Source of the DNA: a bacterium
GTDB taxonomy: Bacteria; Patescibacteriota; Minisyncoccia; Phycocordibacterales; UBA918
Length of the DNA stretch: 64,000 bases
Assembly (NCBI GenBank): GCA_043719295.1
Contig: JAYSUD010000008.1
Location: 8,216 to 72,215, forward strand
Reading direction: 5' to 3'
Every line of letters begins with the position of its first letter. Position 1 is the first letter of the stretch. Below are positions 46,653 to 56,339 of this stretch, piece by piece. Made by a program: the position numbers and the translations under genes. A model generated the notes under the pieces. It saw only the letters and a program-made list of their open reading frames with translations, did no database searches and was not told the DNA's origin.

Positions 46653-46895
46653 ATGACAGAAAATTCCAAAGGACCGATTGTATTCGTTATGATTGCATTG
46701 TTTCTTCTATCGTTAATACTGCCAGTGGTATTAACCCCAATAGCAGTTTACACGAATCAAATCCTGATTTGGCAAACAGCAAATGTTGCGTCGCTCATAT
46801 TAGAAATTTTGGCTCTATTGGGAGCAATCGCTTTAGCAGGCGGAATCACAAAAGAACAATACTTCAGAGTTGTAAGGCTACTGCCCTTACTCTGA
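46653..46895 (+). CDS. Small membrane protein (2 TM).
   Basis: MTENSKGPIVFVMIALFLLSLILPVVL... Start at the internal Met of the long 46347 ORF, which otherwise runs antisense to dus. Confidence 0.4.
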   Translation: MTENSKGPIVFVMIALFLLSLILPVVLTPIAVYTNQILIWQTANVASLILEILALLGAIALAGGITKEQYFRVVRLLPLL

Positions 46896-47012
46896 CAAAC
46901 CGCCATCTGGCGCTCGGGGAGTCCGCGCGTTTGTGGCGGTCTTTTCATTTAATTTTAGTACGATATATCGTACTAAATAAAAACCGTTTTTAAGTCCTAA
47001 AAACAGAATAGT

Positions 47013-47912
47013 CTATTCTGTCACAGAGTTTTCTTCACTTATTTCTACTGAACTTGTTGCTGTTACTTCTTTTGCTTCATTTACAAAAACCTTATCACCA
47101 AACCGTAAGTCAATGTATTGAAACGATCCTGGTTCTGTATCAACAAATTCCTTTGAGTTTAGAATTGTTTCTAAGTTTTCAAATGTTTTCTCCATGGGAA
47201 TAGTCTGTGAAACTTTAATAATCGCCCCACCAGAGATAGTATATTCAACATCATAATTCCCCACTTTTGTGACGTGTGTTACATACAGAGACAACTTCTC
47301 TTTGAGGTTTTCTATAAAAGTATTGGTTTGTTTAATATATTCTCCATCAAAAGAAGCATTCTTAATTTGAGGAGTAACTCCATTTTCTACATATCTAACA
47401 AAAGCACTTCCTTCTAGGGAAGGTGCGGGGGAAAATGCATAGCCAACGCTATCAATAAACAAACAAGATTCAGTGTCTTTATGTTCGCACCACAGAGCAT
47501 AAGGAGTGTACTCTTCAAAGACTACTGCAAGTGTTTGATTATCACTTCTTTCAATTGCAACATTCTTTACACGATTAAATGCGAACACACTTTCAACCAA
47601 CGCATCGTGCGGATAAAATGGAATAAACCGCTTAGGTACTAATTTAAAATACGAACCTTCAATCCCGCCTTCTACCACCTTCACAATTGCATCATGTGGA
47701 ATTGTTTGACCACCAACAACCTCAACCGTGCGTAATTGAAATGACTCAACGCGCGTAATGAAATACACAAGTGTAAAAAGGATTGTAACAACTACTACAA
47801 TCGAGCATCCAGTGAGGATTTGCAGTTGCAGTTGTGTGAGTCTTCGCTTTGCAACTTTTTTACGCAATACAACCGGTTGTGTATTCCGTTTAAATTTTTG
47901 AAAAAAGGCGCG
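47013..47912 (-). CDS. ftsQ: Cell division protein FtsQ/DivIB-like (POTRA domain).
   Basis: Basic N-terminus, one TM, then FQLRTVEVVGGQTIPHDAIVKVVEG...: POTRA_FtsQ pattern. Confidence 0.6.
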   Translation of the reverse strand, partial: RAFFQKFKRNTQPVVLRKKVAKRRLTQLQLQILTGCSIVVVVTILFTLVYFITRVESFQLRTVEVVGGQTIPHDAIVKVVEGGIEGSYFKLVPKRFIPFYPHDALVESVFAFNRVKNVAIERSDNQTLAVVFEEYTPYALWCEHKDTESCLFIDSVGYAFSPAPSLEGSAFVRYVENGVTPQIKNASFDGEYIKQTNTFIENLKEKLSLYVTHVTKVGNYDVEYTISGGAIIKVSQTIPMEKTFENLETILNSKEFVDTEPGSFQYIDLRFGDKVFVNEAKEVTATSSVEISEENSVTE

Positions 47913-48088
47913 CATCGAAGTATGGTAGCACACGGAAAATACCTTTTTTGAAACTATCACTAAACTACAACACAATAAAAGTCCTCAGATACGCGAAGCA
48001 CAAAGAAATTTTTGCGAGCCCTACTTGATGTAGGGTAAGAAAAAATTTCTGCAGTGCGACAAAGTAGCTGATACTTTTAGTGAGTTAT

Positions 48089-49354
48089 CTATGCTATTTC
48101 TGTACGGCCGGCCATGTACTTCTGCAATGGCTCTGGAATTCTAATGCTACCATCTTCTTGCTGGAAGTTTTCAATCATTGATACGAGAATCCGTGGGGTC
48201 GGAATTGCAGTACAGTTAAGTGAGTGTGCATAGCGCATTTTTCCCTCTGCATCTTTATACCGAATGTTGAATCGTCGTGTTTGGAAATCGTGGAAGTAAG
48301 ACGCACTACTAATTTCACGATACTTTCCTTCAAGTGGCACCCACAATTCAACGTCATACTTCTTTACCTGACCTTGTCCAATGTCGCCTCCACAGTTTAA
48401 AACAGTATGGTATGGAATCCCGAGTGACTCAATAAACTCTTCAGTGTTTCGATTGATTTCTTCGTGCAATCGTACAGACTCAACGTGTGACGCTTCACAA
48501 ATAACTACCTGCTCTACTTTATAAAATTCATGTACCCGAATGAGTCCTTTAGTATCCTTTCCATGACTTCCTGCTTCACGTCTAAAACATGGGGAGAATG
48601 CTAAGTGCTTAATTGGAAACAAGCTTTGTTCAAGTACCTCGTCGGCATAGTACCCCATAGTTGATACTTCACTCGTGCCAATTAAGTAATCTTCGTCTTG
48701 AGTGTTGTATACATCCTCCGCATCGTTTGGTAAGTGTCCTGTTCCATACAAGTTACTCTTTCGGACAATTGCGGGGACCAACATTGGATCAAATCCTTTT
48801 GCTCCAAAAAAATCATTTGCGTAATTCCATATTGCCCATGACAGTCGCGCTCCGTCGCCAAGTAGATAGTAGCCTCGAAATCCATGCACCTTTGTTCCTC
48901 GTTCAAAATCAACCATTTTGAGTTTGGTCATTATTTCCACATGGTCTTTTGGAGTAAACCCAAACTTCGGTTTTTCTCCCCACGCTTTAACTTCAACGTT
49001 ATCAGCGTCACTGTCTCCATCGGGAACTGACATGTCGGGGACATTAGGTACCTGCAACATCAATGCCTGCCACTCTTGCATCACTGGTTTTAACTTTTCT
49101 TCATCTACCCCAATCTCTGCCTTAAGTGCTTGCATCTCTCCAATAAGTTGCTGTTTAATCACTGGTTCTTGCGCGCCTACAATGTCAACAGAAACACGAT
49201 TCTGTTCTGCCTTTTTTGTTTCGATAGTTTGCATCAATTCTTTACGGGAATCGTCAACAGCAATCAATCTGTCTAAGTCAATTTTGATATGCTTCTTTGT
49301 TGCCGCCATCTTAACGATGTCGAGATTCTCCCTGATGAATTTAATGTCTAGCAT
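48089..49354 (-). CDS. serS: Seryl-tRNA synthetase.
   Basis: 421 aa, N-terminal coiled coil, class II motifs (FRREAGSHGKDTKGLIRVHEF, GIPYHTVLNCGGDIG). Confidence 0.9.
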   Translation of the reverse strand: MLDIKFIRENLDIVKMAATKKHIKIDLDRLIAVDDSRKELMQTIETKKAEQNRVSVDIVGAQEPVIKQQLIGEMQALKAEIGVDEEKLKPVMQEWQALMLQVPNVPDMSVPDGDSDADNVEVKAWGEKPKFGFTPKDHVEIMTKLKMVDFERGTKVHGFRGYYLLGDGARLSWAIWNYANDFFGAKGFDPMLVPAIVRKSNLYGTGHLPNDAEDVYNTQDEDYLIGTSEVSTMGYYADEVLEQSLFPIKHLAFSPCFRREAGSHGKDTKGLIRVHEFYKVEQVVICEASHVESVRLHEEINRNTEEFIESLGIPYHTVLNCGGDIGQGQVKKYDVELWVPLEGKYREISSASYFHDFQTRRFNIRYKDAEGKMRYAHSLNCTAIPTPRILVSMIENFQQEDGSIRIPEPLQKYMAGRTEIA

Positions 49355-49451
49355 AAATATGTAATGAAATTACACTCTACTATATCTAGAGACAAACGAA
49401 AAGGCCACACAAGTGATGCAGCCTTCGCGCAACACTGCATGGCCTGTAGAT

Positions 49452-50222
49452 CTAGAACACCAACTTGAGACCTCCTTTAAGGATCCACTCATCAGCGTTT
49501 ACTTCGCCGACAAGTGTCTTACCCCAAATATCAACACTCTCTTTCATGCCGAATTCTGGAAAAGAAATCCCCACGTCGTAACTTAGGCTCAAACGCCCTC
49601 GCCCTCGATTTGGACCTCTGTGCTCAAAACTAAGTCCAGGCACAAACATGTCCATACCCCAGCCGTCGTGACAACCCATAACTTGGAAACTTGGGGAATT
49701 TCCAAATACACATAGTGACATCTCTTTTCCGACAAGTCCTGCAGTGGCAAAAAGTGCATCGTTTGGAGTAAGGAGTACTCCACCACGAATACTCAATTCT
49801 GCAGCGGCCGTCTGACTGTATCTGACACCAATAGTGTATTCATCGTAGGTCCAGGAAGTTGAACCTCGGACACTTCCCTTTCGATACGTTCCTTCAGCAC
49901 CCAAAATAAATGGTGAGTTTGGAATCTGCCAAAGCAAAACAGCTGTGCCTCCTGACATAGAGCCACTGTACGAGAGCTTATAGAGCTCCGCACCAAGGCC
50001 GTATTCAGGAAGAGCAAGTGACGTCGTCTGCTCTCCTTGAGTATAATCAGCAGACACCCCAATGCTAAGACCATTCCAGTTTGGCGCATCTTGAGGAAAC
50101 ACTCGCGTCGCGAAGACGCAAGAACCCAAAACTGCCGCAATCAGGAACCCAATCGCCGAAGCAATGAATCCACCTAAATTAGACGGAACTTCCTTCACAC
50201 TGTTTCTACCATCACGCATCAT
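49452..50222 (-). CDS. Putative beta-barrel outer-membrane-like protein (signal peptide; C-terminal aromatic residue).
   Basis: Signal peptide, alternating amphipathic beta-strand pattern, ends ...GGLKLVF (terminal Phe, the OMP assembly signature). Confidence 0.4.
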   Translation of the reverse strand: MMRDGRNSVKEVPSNLGGFIASAIGFLIAAVLGSCVFATRVFPQDAPNWNGLSIGVSADYTQGEQTTSLALPEYGLGAELYKLSYSGSMSGGTAVLLWQIPNSPFILGAEGTYRKGSVRGSTSWTYDEYTIGVRYSQTAAAELSIRGGVLLTPNDALFATAGLVGKEMSLCVFGNSPSFQVMGCHDGWGMDMFVPGLSFEHRGPNRGRGRLSLSYDVGISFPEFGMKESVDIWGKTLVGEVNADEWILKGGLKLVF

Positions 50223-50331
50223 CCTGCCCCTTTTCAAATTGCTGCGTTGCACTATTGCGAACGCTTGTGTATACTATACTACATTTTTAGCTAAAAGTCA
50301 ATCTACACCTCTCCGTGCTACCATTTTATAT

Positions 50332-51207
50332 ATGTCCTTTCCTATATATGAAGTGAAAGAAAATGAGTTTCCACCACTGTTACGTGAGATTCCTCAGGTA
50401 CCGAAATCACTTAATTACCGAGGGATACTTCCCTCTTCCTCTATGAAACTCCTCGCTGTTGTAGGGTCACGAAAACATACCACCTATGGCAAACAAGTTG
50501 TTGAGCACCTCCTTGCAGGATTAGAAGGATACGATGTCGGCATTGTTTCGGGTCTGGCACTCGGCATTGATTCGCTCGCACACGAGAGTGCACTTACTCA
50601 CCATCTCTATACGCTTGCTGTTCCTGGTTCAGGAATAGACGACAGTGTCATCTACCCAGCTTCACACAAACCGCTTGCACGAAAAATTCTTGAGGGTGGT
50701 GGTGGACTTCTTTCAGAATTTGATCCTACCTTTACCGCGACGAAGTGGTCGTTCACGCAACGTAACCGCATCATGGCAGGAATCGCACATGCAACCTTGC
50801 TTATTGAAGCAGGCGAGAAATCGGGGACGTTAATCACCGCACGCATGGCAACCGACTACAACCGCGAACTTTTAGTAGTACCAGGAAACATTTTTTCTCA
50901 AAACAGTATCGGGACGCATCAATTTTTAAAATTAGGAGCAACGCCGGTTACAGACGCTTCTGATATTTTATACGCACTCGGTTTTAGTCAAGAAGAAGTG
51001 GAACAAAAACAAAAAACTTTTACACCACATACAGACCTAACTTCAGATGAACAGAGAGTACTTACTCTTCTTCGTGAACCAACTGATAAAGACTCACTCA
51101 TACGCGGACTCATGCTTCCCTCCCACACTGCAAATGCACTTTTAATGCAGATGGAAATGAAAGGTTTGATTCATGAAGACAACAACCAGTATAAAGCTGT
51201 GAGTTGA
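50332..51207 (+). CDS. dprA: DNA processing protein DprA (Smf).
   Basis: LAVVGSRKHTTYGKQVVEHL...VSGLALGIDSLAHESAL...: Rossmann DprA core plus C-terminal winged helix. Start at the internal Met (MSFPIYEVK). Confidence 0.8.
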   Translation: MSFPIYEVKENEFPPLLREIPQVPKSLNYRGILPSSSMKLLAVVGSRKHTTYGKQVVEHLLAGLEGYDVGIVSGLALGIDSLAHESALTHHLYTLAVPGSGIDDSVIYPASHKPLARKILEGGGGLLSEFDPTFTATKWSFTQRNRIMAGIAHATLLIEAGEKSGTLITARMATDYNRELLVVPGNIFSQNSIGTHQFLKLGATPVTDASDILYALGFSQEEVEQKQKTFTPHTDLTSDEQRVLTLLREPTDKDSLIRGLMLPSHTANALLMQMEMKGLIHEDNNQYKAVS

Positions 51208-51255
51208 CATACATTGACATATATTAGTAAGGGTAGTATTTGTTATCCAATATAT

Positions 51256-53619
51256 ATGGCAAAAACAGCGACAAAGACAACATTGGTGATTGTTGAATCC
51301 CCTGCAAAGGCAAAAACTATCGAGAAATATCTAGGACCTGGATTTAAGGTGCGTTCTTCTATTGGTCACGTACGTGATTTACCTAAAAGCAACAAAGACG
51401 CCGTTGACATTGAAGCAGGGTTTGTTCCTCGCTATATCATTTCTCCAGGAAAAGAAAAGGTTATTGCTGAACTTCAAAGAGAGGCTAAAAATGCTGACTT
51501 GGTACTGTTGGCATCTGACCCCGACCGTGAAGGAGAAGCTATTGCGTGGCATGTAGCTGAACTCATAAAAAAAGAAAACAAAAATCAGAAGCGAATTGTA
51601 TTTCATGAAATCACCGAAGACGCGGTTAAAGAAGCCCTCCTCCATCCCCGTGCAATTGATGTAAACCTTAAAGAGGCACAAGAGGCACGTCGGGTGCTTG
51701 ATAGACTCGTGGGGTATGACCTTTCGGGACTCATATGGAAAAAAGTTCGGTATGGACTTTCTGCCGGAAGAGTACAGTCCCCCGCGTTACGAATCTTGAT
51801 GGAACGTGAACGAGAAATACGTGCATTTAACCCTGAAGCTTTTTTCGTACTCACCGCACATACAGAGAAAGCAAAAATGCAGATTCCTTTTACCTGTGCT
51901 GAAGAACCAAAGGTACAGAAGGAGGCTGACCGCATTAAAACTGTCGGAGAAAAAAATAATTGGGAGGTTACTTCTATTAAAGAGACCGAAGCAAAGCGAT
52001 CTCCAAAACCTCCTTTTACTACTTCAACCTTACAGCAAGCTGCATCAACTCGACTTGGTTTTTCTCCATCACGCACCATGGGTGCTGCTCAAAAGCTCTA
52101 TGAAGCGGGACACATTACCTACATGCGAACAGACAGTACAACCATGAGCAAAGTTGCGCTTACACAAATTCTTGCACTTATAAGCAAGGACTATGGGAAA
52201 GAATATCTCCAACCACGAACCTTTAAAACTAAAAGTAAGTCGGCCCAAGAAGCGCACGAAGCGGTACGTCCAACAAACTTCAAACATCGATCTTCAGGAT
52301 TAACCGGTGATCAAAAAGCACTCTATGAACTTATTTGGAAACGTTCTGTCTCTTCTCAGATGGCAGATGCTCGGCTATTGCGCACGAAAATATTAACCAA
52401 CATCACAAATGACAAGGAGCCAATTCCTGATTTTAGTGTGAACGGATCACGAGTAATCTTTGACGGATGGCTCAAGGCTGACGTTGGTGCACGTGGCGAA
52501 GATACAGAAGTCCCAAAGCTAACCATAGGCGACACGCTTACGCTCAAAGAAATTGAGATTGAAGCAAAACACACACAACCTCCAAGTCGCTATTCCGAAG
52601 CAGGACTTATTAAAGAACTTGAAAAGCGAGGTATTGGTCGTCCTTCAACCTATGCTTCAATCATGAAGACTATTATTGATCGGGGATATACTATCAAAGA
52701 GGGACGCACACTTATTCCAACCGACACCGGAGACGTTGTCTCATCATTCCTTGAAGAGCACTTTAGTGAATACATTGGGGACGACTTTACAAGTGGAATG
52801 GAAGACAAACTCGACTTAATTGCAGAAGGCAAAGCACAGTATAAAAAAGTGTTAACCGATTTTTATAAACCTTTCTCGAAAGCAGTTGAAGCAAAAGAAG
52901 ATATTCCAAAACTCACCAATCTAGGTGATGGACCAAAAGAATTTCCTTGTCCAAAGTGTGGCAAACCTATGGTCATAAAGTTAGGGCGTGGTGGAAAGTT
53001 TCTCTCATGTGGCACCTTCCCCGATTGTGATGGAGCGCGCACCCTTGAAGGTGGAGAAGTTGGAGAAAGTGAATCACTTGGAAATCACCCAGAAACAGGT
53101 GAAGCAATATTTGTACTTGATGGTCGTTTTGGACCCTATGTACAACTAGGATCAACTCCTGATAAAAAAGACAAGAAAGCTCCGAAGCCAAAACGCGCAT
53201 CGTTGCCTGACGGGAAACTCCCCGCTTTAGTCACACTTGAAGAAGCAGTTCATTATTTAATTCTGCCGCGTGAACTCGGGATACATCAAGCAACGGGAGA
53301 ACCAATCCAAGCGAACACCGGAAAGTTTGGTCCCTATGTAGTACATGCAGGTGACTACCGTTCACTTAAGGGTGCAGATAACCCATACGACATTACGCTC
53401 GAACGGGCACTCAAAATCTTCGCAGAACCAAAACAAGGACGTAAAGGTGAAAAGCTTGTAAAAGAACTCGGACTAAACCCTAAAACAAAAAAGATGGTAA
53501 ATGTGTACGAATCAAAATCAGGAAGGTATTTACGCAAAGGTTTCAAACGATTGTCACTACCTGATGATGTAGATCTAGAAAAGTTTACTATTGAAGATGC
53601 GTTACTTATTTTAAAATGA
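51256..53619 (+). CDS. topA: DNA topoisomerase I.
   Basis: MAKTATKTTLVIVESPAKAKTIEKYLG (Toprim), active-site Tyr region, C-terminal zinc ribbon CPKCGKPMVIKLGRGGKFLSCGTFPDC. Confidence 0.9.
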   Translation: MAKTATKTTLVIVESPAKAKTIEKYLGPGFKVRSSIGHVRDLPKSNKDAVDIEAGFVPRYIISPGKEKVIAELQREAKNADLVLLASDPDREGEAIAWHVAELIKKENKNQKRIVFHEITEDAVKEALLHPRAIDVNLKEAQEARRVLDRLVGYDLSGLIWKKVRYGLSAGRVQSPALRILMEREREIRAFNPEAFFVLTAHTEKAKMQIPFTCAEEPKVQKEADRIKTVGEKNNWEVTSIKETEAKRSPKPPFTTSTLQQAASTRLGFSPSRTMGAAQKLYEAGHITYMRTDSTTMSKVALTQILALISKDYGKEYLQPRTFKTKSKSAQEAHEAVRPTNFKHRSSGLTGDQKALYELIWKRSVSSQMADARLLRTKILTNITNDKEPIPDFSVNGSRVIFDGWLKADVGARGEDTEVPKLTIGDTLTLKEIEIEAKHTQPPSRYSEAGLIKELEKRGIGRPSTYASIMKTIIDRGYTIKEGRTLIPTDTGDVVSSFLEEHFSEYIGDDFTSGMEDKLDLIAEGKAQYKKVLTDFYKPFSKAVEAKEDIPKLTNLGDGPKEFPCPKCGKPMVIKLGRGGKFLSCGTFPDCDGARTLEGGEVGESESLGNHPETGEAIFVLDGRFGPYVQLGSTPDKKDKKAPKPKRASLPDGKLPALVTLEEAVHYLILPRELGIHQATGEPIQANTGKFGPYVVHAGDYRSLKGADNPYDITLERALKIFAEPKQGRKGEKLVKELGLNPKTKKMVNVYESKSGRYLRKGFKRLSLPDDVDLEKFTIEDALLILK

Positions 53620-53630
53620 ACTGAGCTACA

Positions 53631-53765
53631 GAGCGTAGCGACAATAGCGAAGTTCGTTCCTAATTTTCTGCTGCTGACCTAGAACATACTGTAGAACCTC
53701 GGCGCTAGCCGTGTTCTACAGTATGTTCAGCAGAAAATAGGAACACCCCAACGCTCAGATATCTC
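53631..53765 (+). repeat. Intergenic hairpin repeat element, copy B.
   Basis: gagcgtagcgacaatagcgaagttcgttcctaattttctgctgctgacctagaacatactgtagaac[ctcggcgctagccgt]gttctacagtatgttcagcagaaaataggaac. Confidence 0.7.
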
Positions 53766-53870
53766 CGCCACTTACAACAACTAATTATTTCGAGTTTATC
53801 CTAATTTTGAATTAACAAAGGGCACACATGACGTGCGCCCTTTTGGCATCTGCTCGATGCCCTCATATTA

Positions 53871-54227
53871 TCAGAAAACCGTGCCACAAGCTCCGATTTT
53901 CTTAGGCCCTAAAGAAGTCGTAGTCGCAAGAATTTTCCCTTGCCAACCGTTTCGCTCCGTATTAGCGCGATTGATTGCGTCAATGGCTTGACGCGTCTGA
54001 CCTGCAAAAGGCTTCCGCACAACCAACAGTGTTTGAACAGGAGCAACAGGCTCTGCTACAATCCGCACCGGTGCCAAAGCAACTTTTTTCTTAGGCTTTT
54101 TTGGCACCTTTGATGCATCCAAGGCAGGCAAAATTGAATTTTCGCCAAAATATTTAAGCTCTTGCCTTGCTGGTATACGTGGACTTCCTTTAGGCATTTT
54201 GCCCCTCACTTTCTTTTGTTTAAACAA
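53871..54227 (-). CDS. Hypothetical basic protein.
   Basis: 118 aa, Lys/Pro-rich, no recognised motif. Confidence 0.3.
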   Translation of the reverse strand: MFKQKKVRGKMPKGSPRIPARQELKYFGENSILPALDASKVPKKPKKKVALAPVRIVAEPVAPVQTLLVVRKPFAGQTRQAIDAINRANTERNGWQGKILATTTSLGPKKIGACGTVF

Positions 54228-54300
54228 ACTGGTCTTTCCAGCAAGTGCTATTTAACCATACTAACTGTTTTTGTCAACTTTTTGCATCATTGTATATGTG

Positions 54301-54592
54301 TATGCGGAGGTCTATTGTTATTGGAGAGTTCCAGCAGTTTCTGCTGAGCCTAGTGTAGGACACTGCTAACGCTGAGGTCCTACACTTGTCTCTAGGTCAG
54401 CAGCAGAAACTGTAAACAAAGTTCGCCATTGTCGCTTGCGTATATGCGGAGTCATATTGTTGTTGGAGAGTTCCAGCAGTTTTCGCTGAGTAACATTCAA
54501 AGCACAGCTAACGCTGAGGCTTTGAATGTTACTCTGGGTCAGCGCAAAAACTGGGTGAAAAGCGAATACTTGGAGCTTCGCAAGACTCATTG
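54301..54592 (-). repeat. Two tandem copies (C 54301-54440, D 54441-54592) of the hairpin repeat element in inverted orientation; a third partial unit at ~54640-54675.
   Basis: Both units share the tatatgcggag...gagagttccagcag leader and the ctcagcgttagc(a/t)gt loop (rc). Their stems differ but stay complementary (covariation). Confidence 0.7.
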
Positions 54593-54724
54593 AGGTTCTA
54601 TGGAACGAAGTGGAGTAGAATCCAATGAGTGGACAGCTTCTGTAAGAAGAGGAGTTCGCCATTCTCGCTTGCGCTCTGTGGCTCACTCCTTGCTAACAAA
54701 CCGTTACGGCCATACAATGAATTT

Positions 54725-56275
54725 ATGCGAACGGTTAAAGAAATACTGGTTGAACTTAACTCTCCTACCGAGGCTGATACGGTCCTTATTAATAAGGCCT
54801 ATGCACTCACCTCTTTGGCTTTTAGAGACATTAAACGCTACTCAGGTGAACCGTACATGTCACACATTTCTGAGGTGGGCTACAAGCTTGCAAAAATGGG
54901 TATGGGGCCACGTACTATCGCGGCTGGTTTGCTTCACGATATCATTGAGGATACCCCAACTACAGCTGACGACATCAAAGAACAGTTTGGAGAAGAAATA
55001 CTCTTTTTGGTTGAAGGGGTTACTAAACTAAGTTCTGTACGCTACTACGGAACGGATCGCCACAACGAAAGTCTCCGAAAACTTTTTGTCGCTACTTCTC
55101 AAGATATCCGTGTGTTAATCATTAAGCTTAATGACCGGCTCCACAACATGGAAACGTTACAGTTCGTTCCCAAAGAAAAGCAAATGCGTATCGCACGCGA
55201 GACCCTAGAAATCTACGTACCAGTTGCCCACCGTCTTGGAATGGGGCGAATTCGTAAGGAACTTGAGGACCTTGCCTTTCCCTATGTGTATCCAGAAGAA
55301 TATAAAAAAGTATGTGACCTTCTTGCAAAGAGCACTGAGAAGTCACTTCTCATGCTTGAGCGTGAGCGTAAATCAATGCAAAAACGTCTTGCTGATTCTG
55401 GACTCCTTAAGTTTAATACCTCATATCGAGTAAAAGGTCTCTATAGCCTCTTTCACAAACTCAAGCGAAAAGATTGGGATATTCATGACGTATACGACCT
55501 CCTTGCGATGCGGGTTGTAGTTAACTCTGTTGAGGATTGTTACAAGGCACTTGGTGTCATTCACGAAATGTGGCGACCATTGCCAAAACGAATGAAAGAC
55601 TACATTGCATTTCCAAAACCAAACGGCTATAAATCAATTCACACAACAGTTACGACACCTCACGGGACAATTCTTGAAATTCAAATTCGTACTCAACAGA
55701 TGCATCACGAATCAGAGTACGGAGTTGCATCACACTTGATCTATAAACAACAGGCAGTGCAAGGTGACCAAATAGCTTCAACAAGTTCTTGGTTTAGTAA
55801 CCTTATTCCATCACTGTTTAAACCATTCGCATGGAAAGAAAGTAAAAATTCTGTTCCGATTAAAAGTGCGAAAGATGTGCCCCATACAGAAAAAATTCCC
55901 TATTGGATAAACCAGATTGGTGAAATGTACGCGTCGGAAAAAACTACTGGTGAAGAGTTCATGTCCGACATGCGTAAGGATTTCTTCAGTAACAGAATCT
56001 TCGTTTTTACTCCAAATGGCGACGTTGTTGATTTACCCATGGGTGCAAACCCTATCGACTTTGCATACGCCATCCACTCAGAAATTGGTGACCATATTGC
56101 GGGGGTTCATGTAAACAACAAACTCGTGCAGTTTGATACAGAACTTAAAAATGGTGACATCGTGCGCGTTGAAACAAAGAAGTCTGCACACCCAACTGCA
56201 AAGTGGATTTTGATGGCACAGACGTCGATTGCAAAACGGAAGATTAGAGCGTACCTTGCTGAACATTCAGTGTAG
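54725..56275 (+). CDS. Small bifunctional (p)ppGpp synthetase/hydrolase (HD + RelA/SpoT synthetase + TGS, no ACT domain).
   Basis: HD motif (LLHDIIEDT), synthetase region (DLLAMRVVV...YKSIHTTV), TGS (VFTPNGDVVDLPMGANPIDFAYAIHSEIG). Start at MRTVKEIL, after the repeats. Confidence 0.8.
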   Translation: MRTVKEILVELNSPTEADTVLINKAYALTSLAFRDIKRYSGEPYMSHISEVGYKLAKMGMGPRTIAAGLLHDIIEDTPTTADDIKEQFGEEILFLVEGVTKLSSVRYYGTDRHNESLRKLFVATSQDIRVLIIKLNDRLHNMETLQFVPKEKQMRIARETLEIYVPVAHRLGMGRIRKELEDLAFPYVYPEEYKKVCDLLAKSTEKSLLMLERERKSMQKRLADSGLLKFNTSYRVKGLYSLFHKLKRKDWDIHDVYDLLAMRVVVNSVEDCYKALGVIHEMWRPLPKRMKDYIAFPKPNGYKSIHTTVTTPHGTILEIQIRTQQMHHESEYGVASHLIYKQQAVQGDQIASTSSWFSNLIPSLFKPFAWKESKNSVPIKSAKDVPHTEKIPYWINQIGEMYASEKTTGEEFMSDMRKDFFSNRIFVFTPNGDVVDLPMGANPIDFAYAIHSEIGDHIAGVHVNNKLVQFDTELKNGDIVRVETKKSAHPTAKWILMAQTSIAKRKIRAYLAEHSV

Positions 56276-56339
56276 AAAAAATATGGATATAAAAAATGGA
56301 AGGCAAAGCCTTCCATTTTTTATATCCATATACCTACTC

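Noticed and set aside
46347-46895. 182-aa plus-strand ORF overlapping the 5' end of dus.
   Set aside because: Most of it runs antisense through the Dus coding region. Only the last ~80 codons (46653-46895) form a plausible small membrane protein.
53871-54227. Possible ribosomal protein identity for the 118-aa basic ORF.
   Set aside because: No match to any ribosomal-protein signature I could recall. Left as hypothetical.
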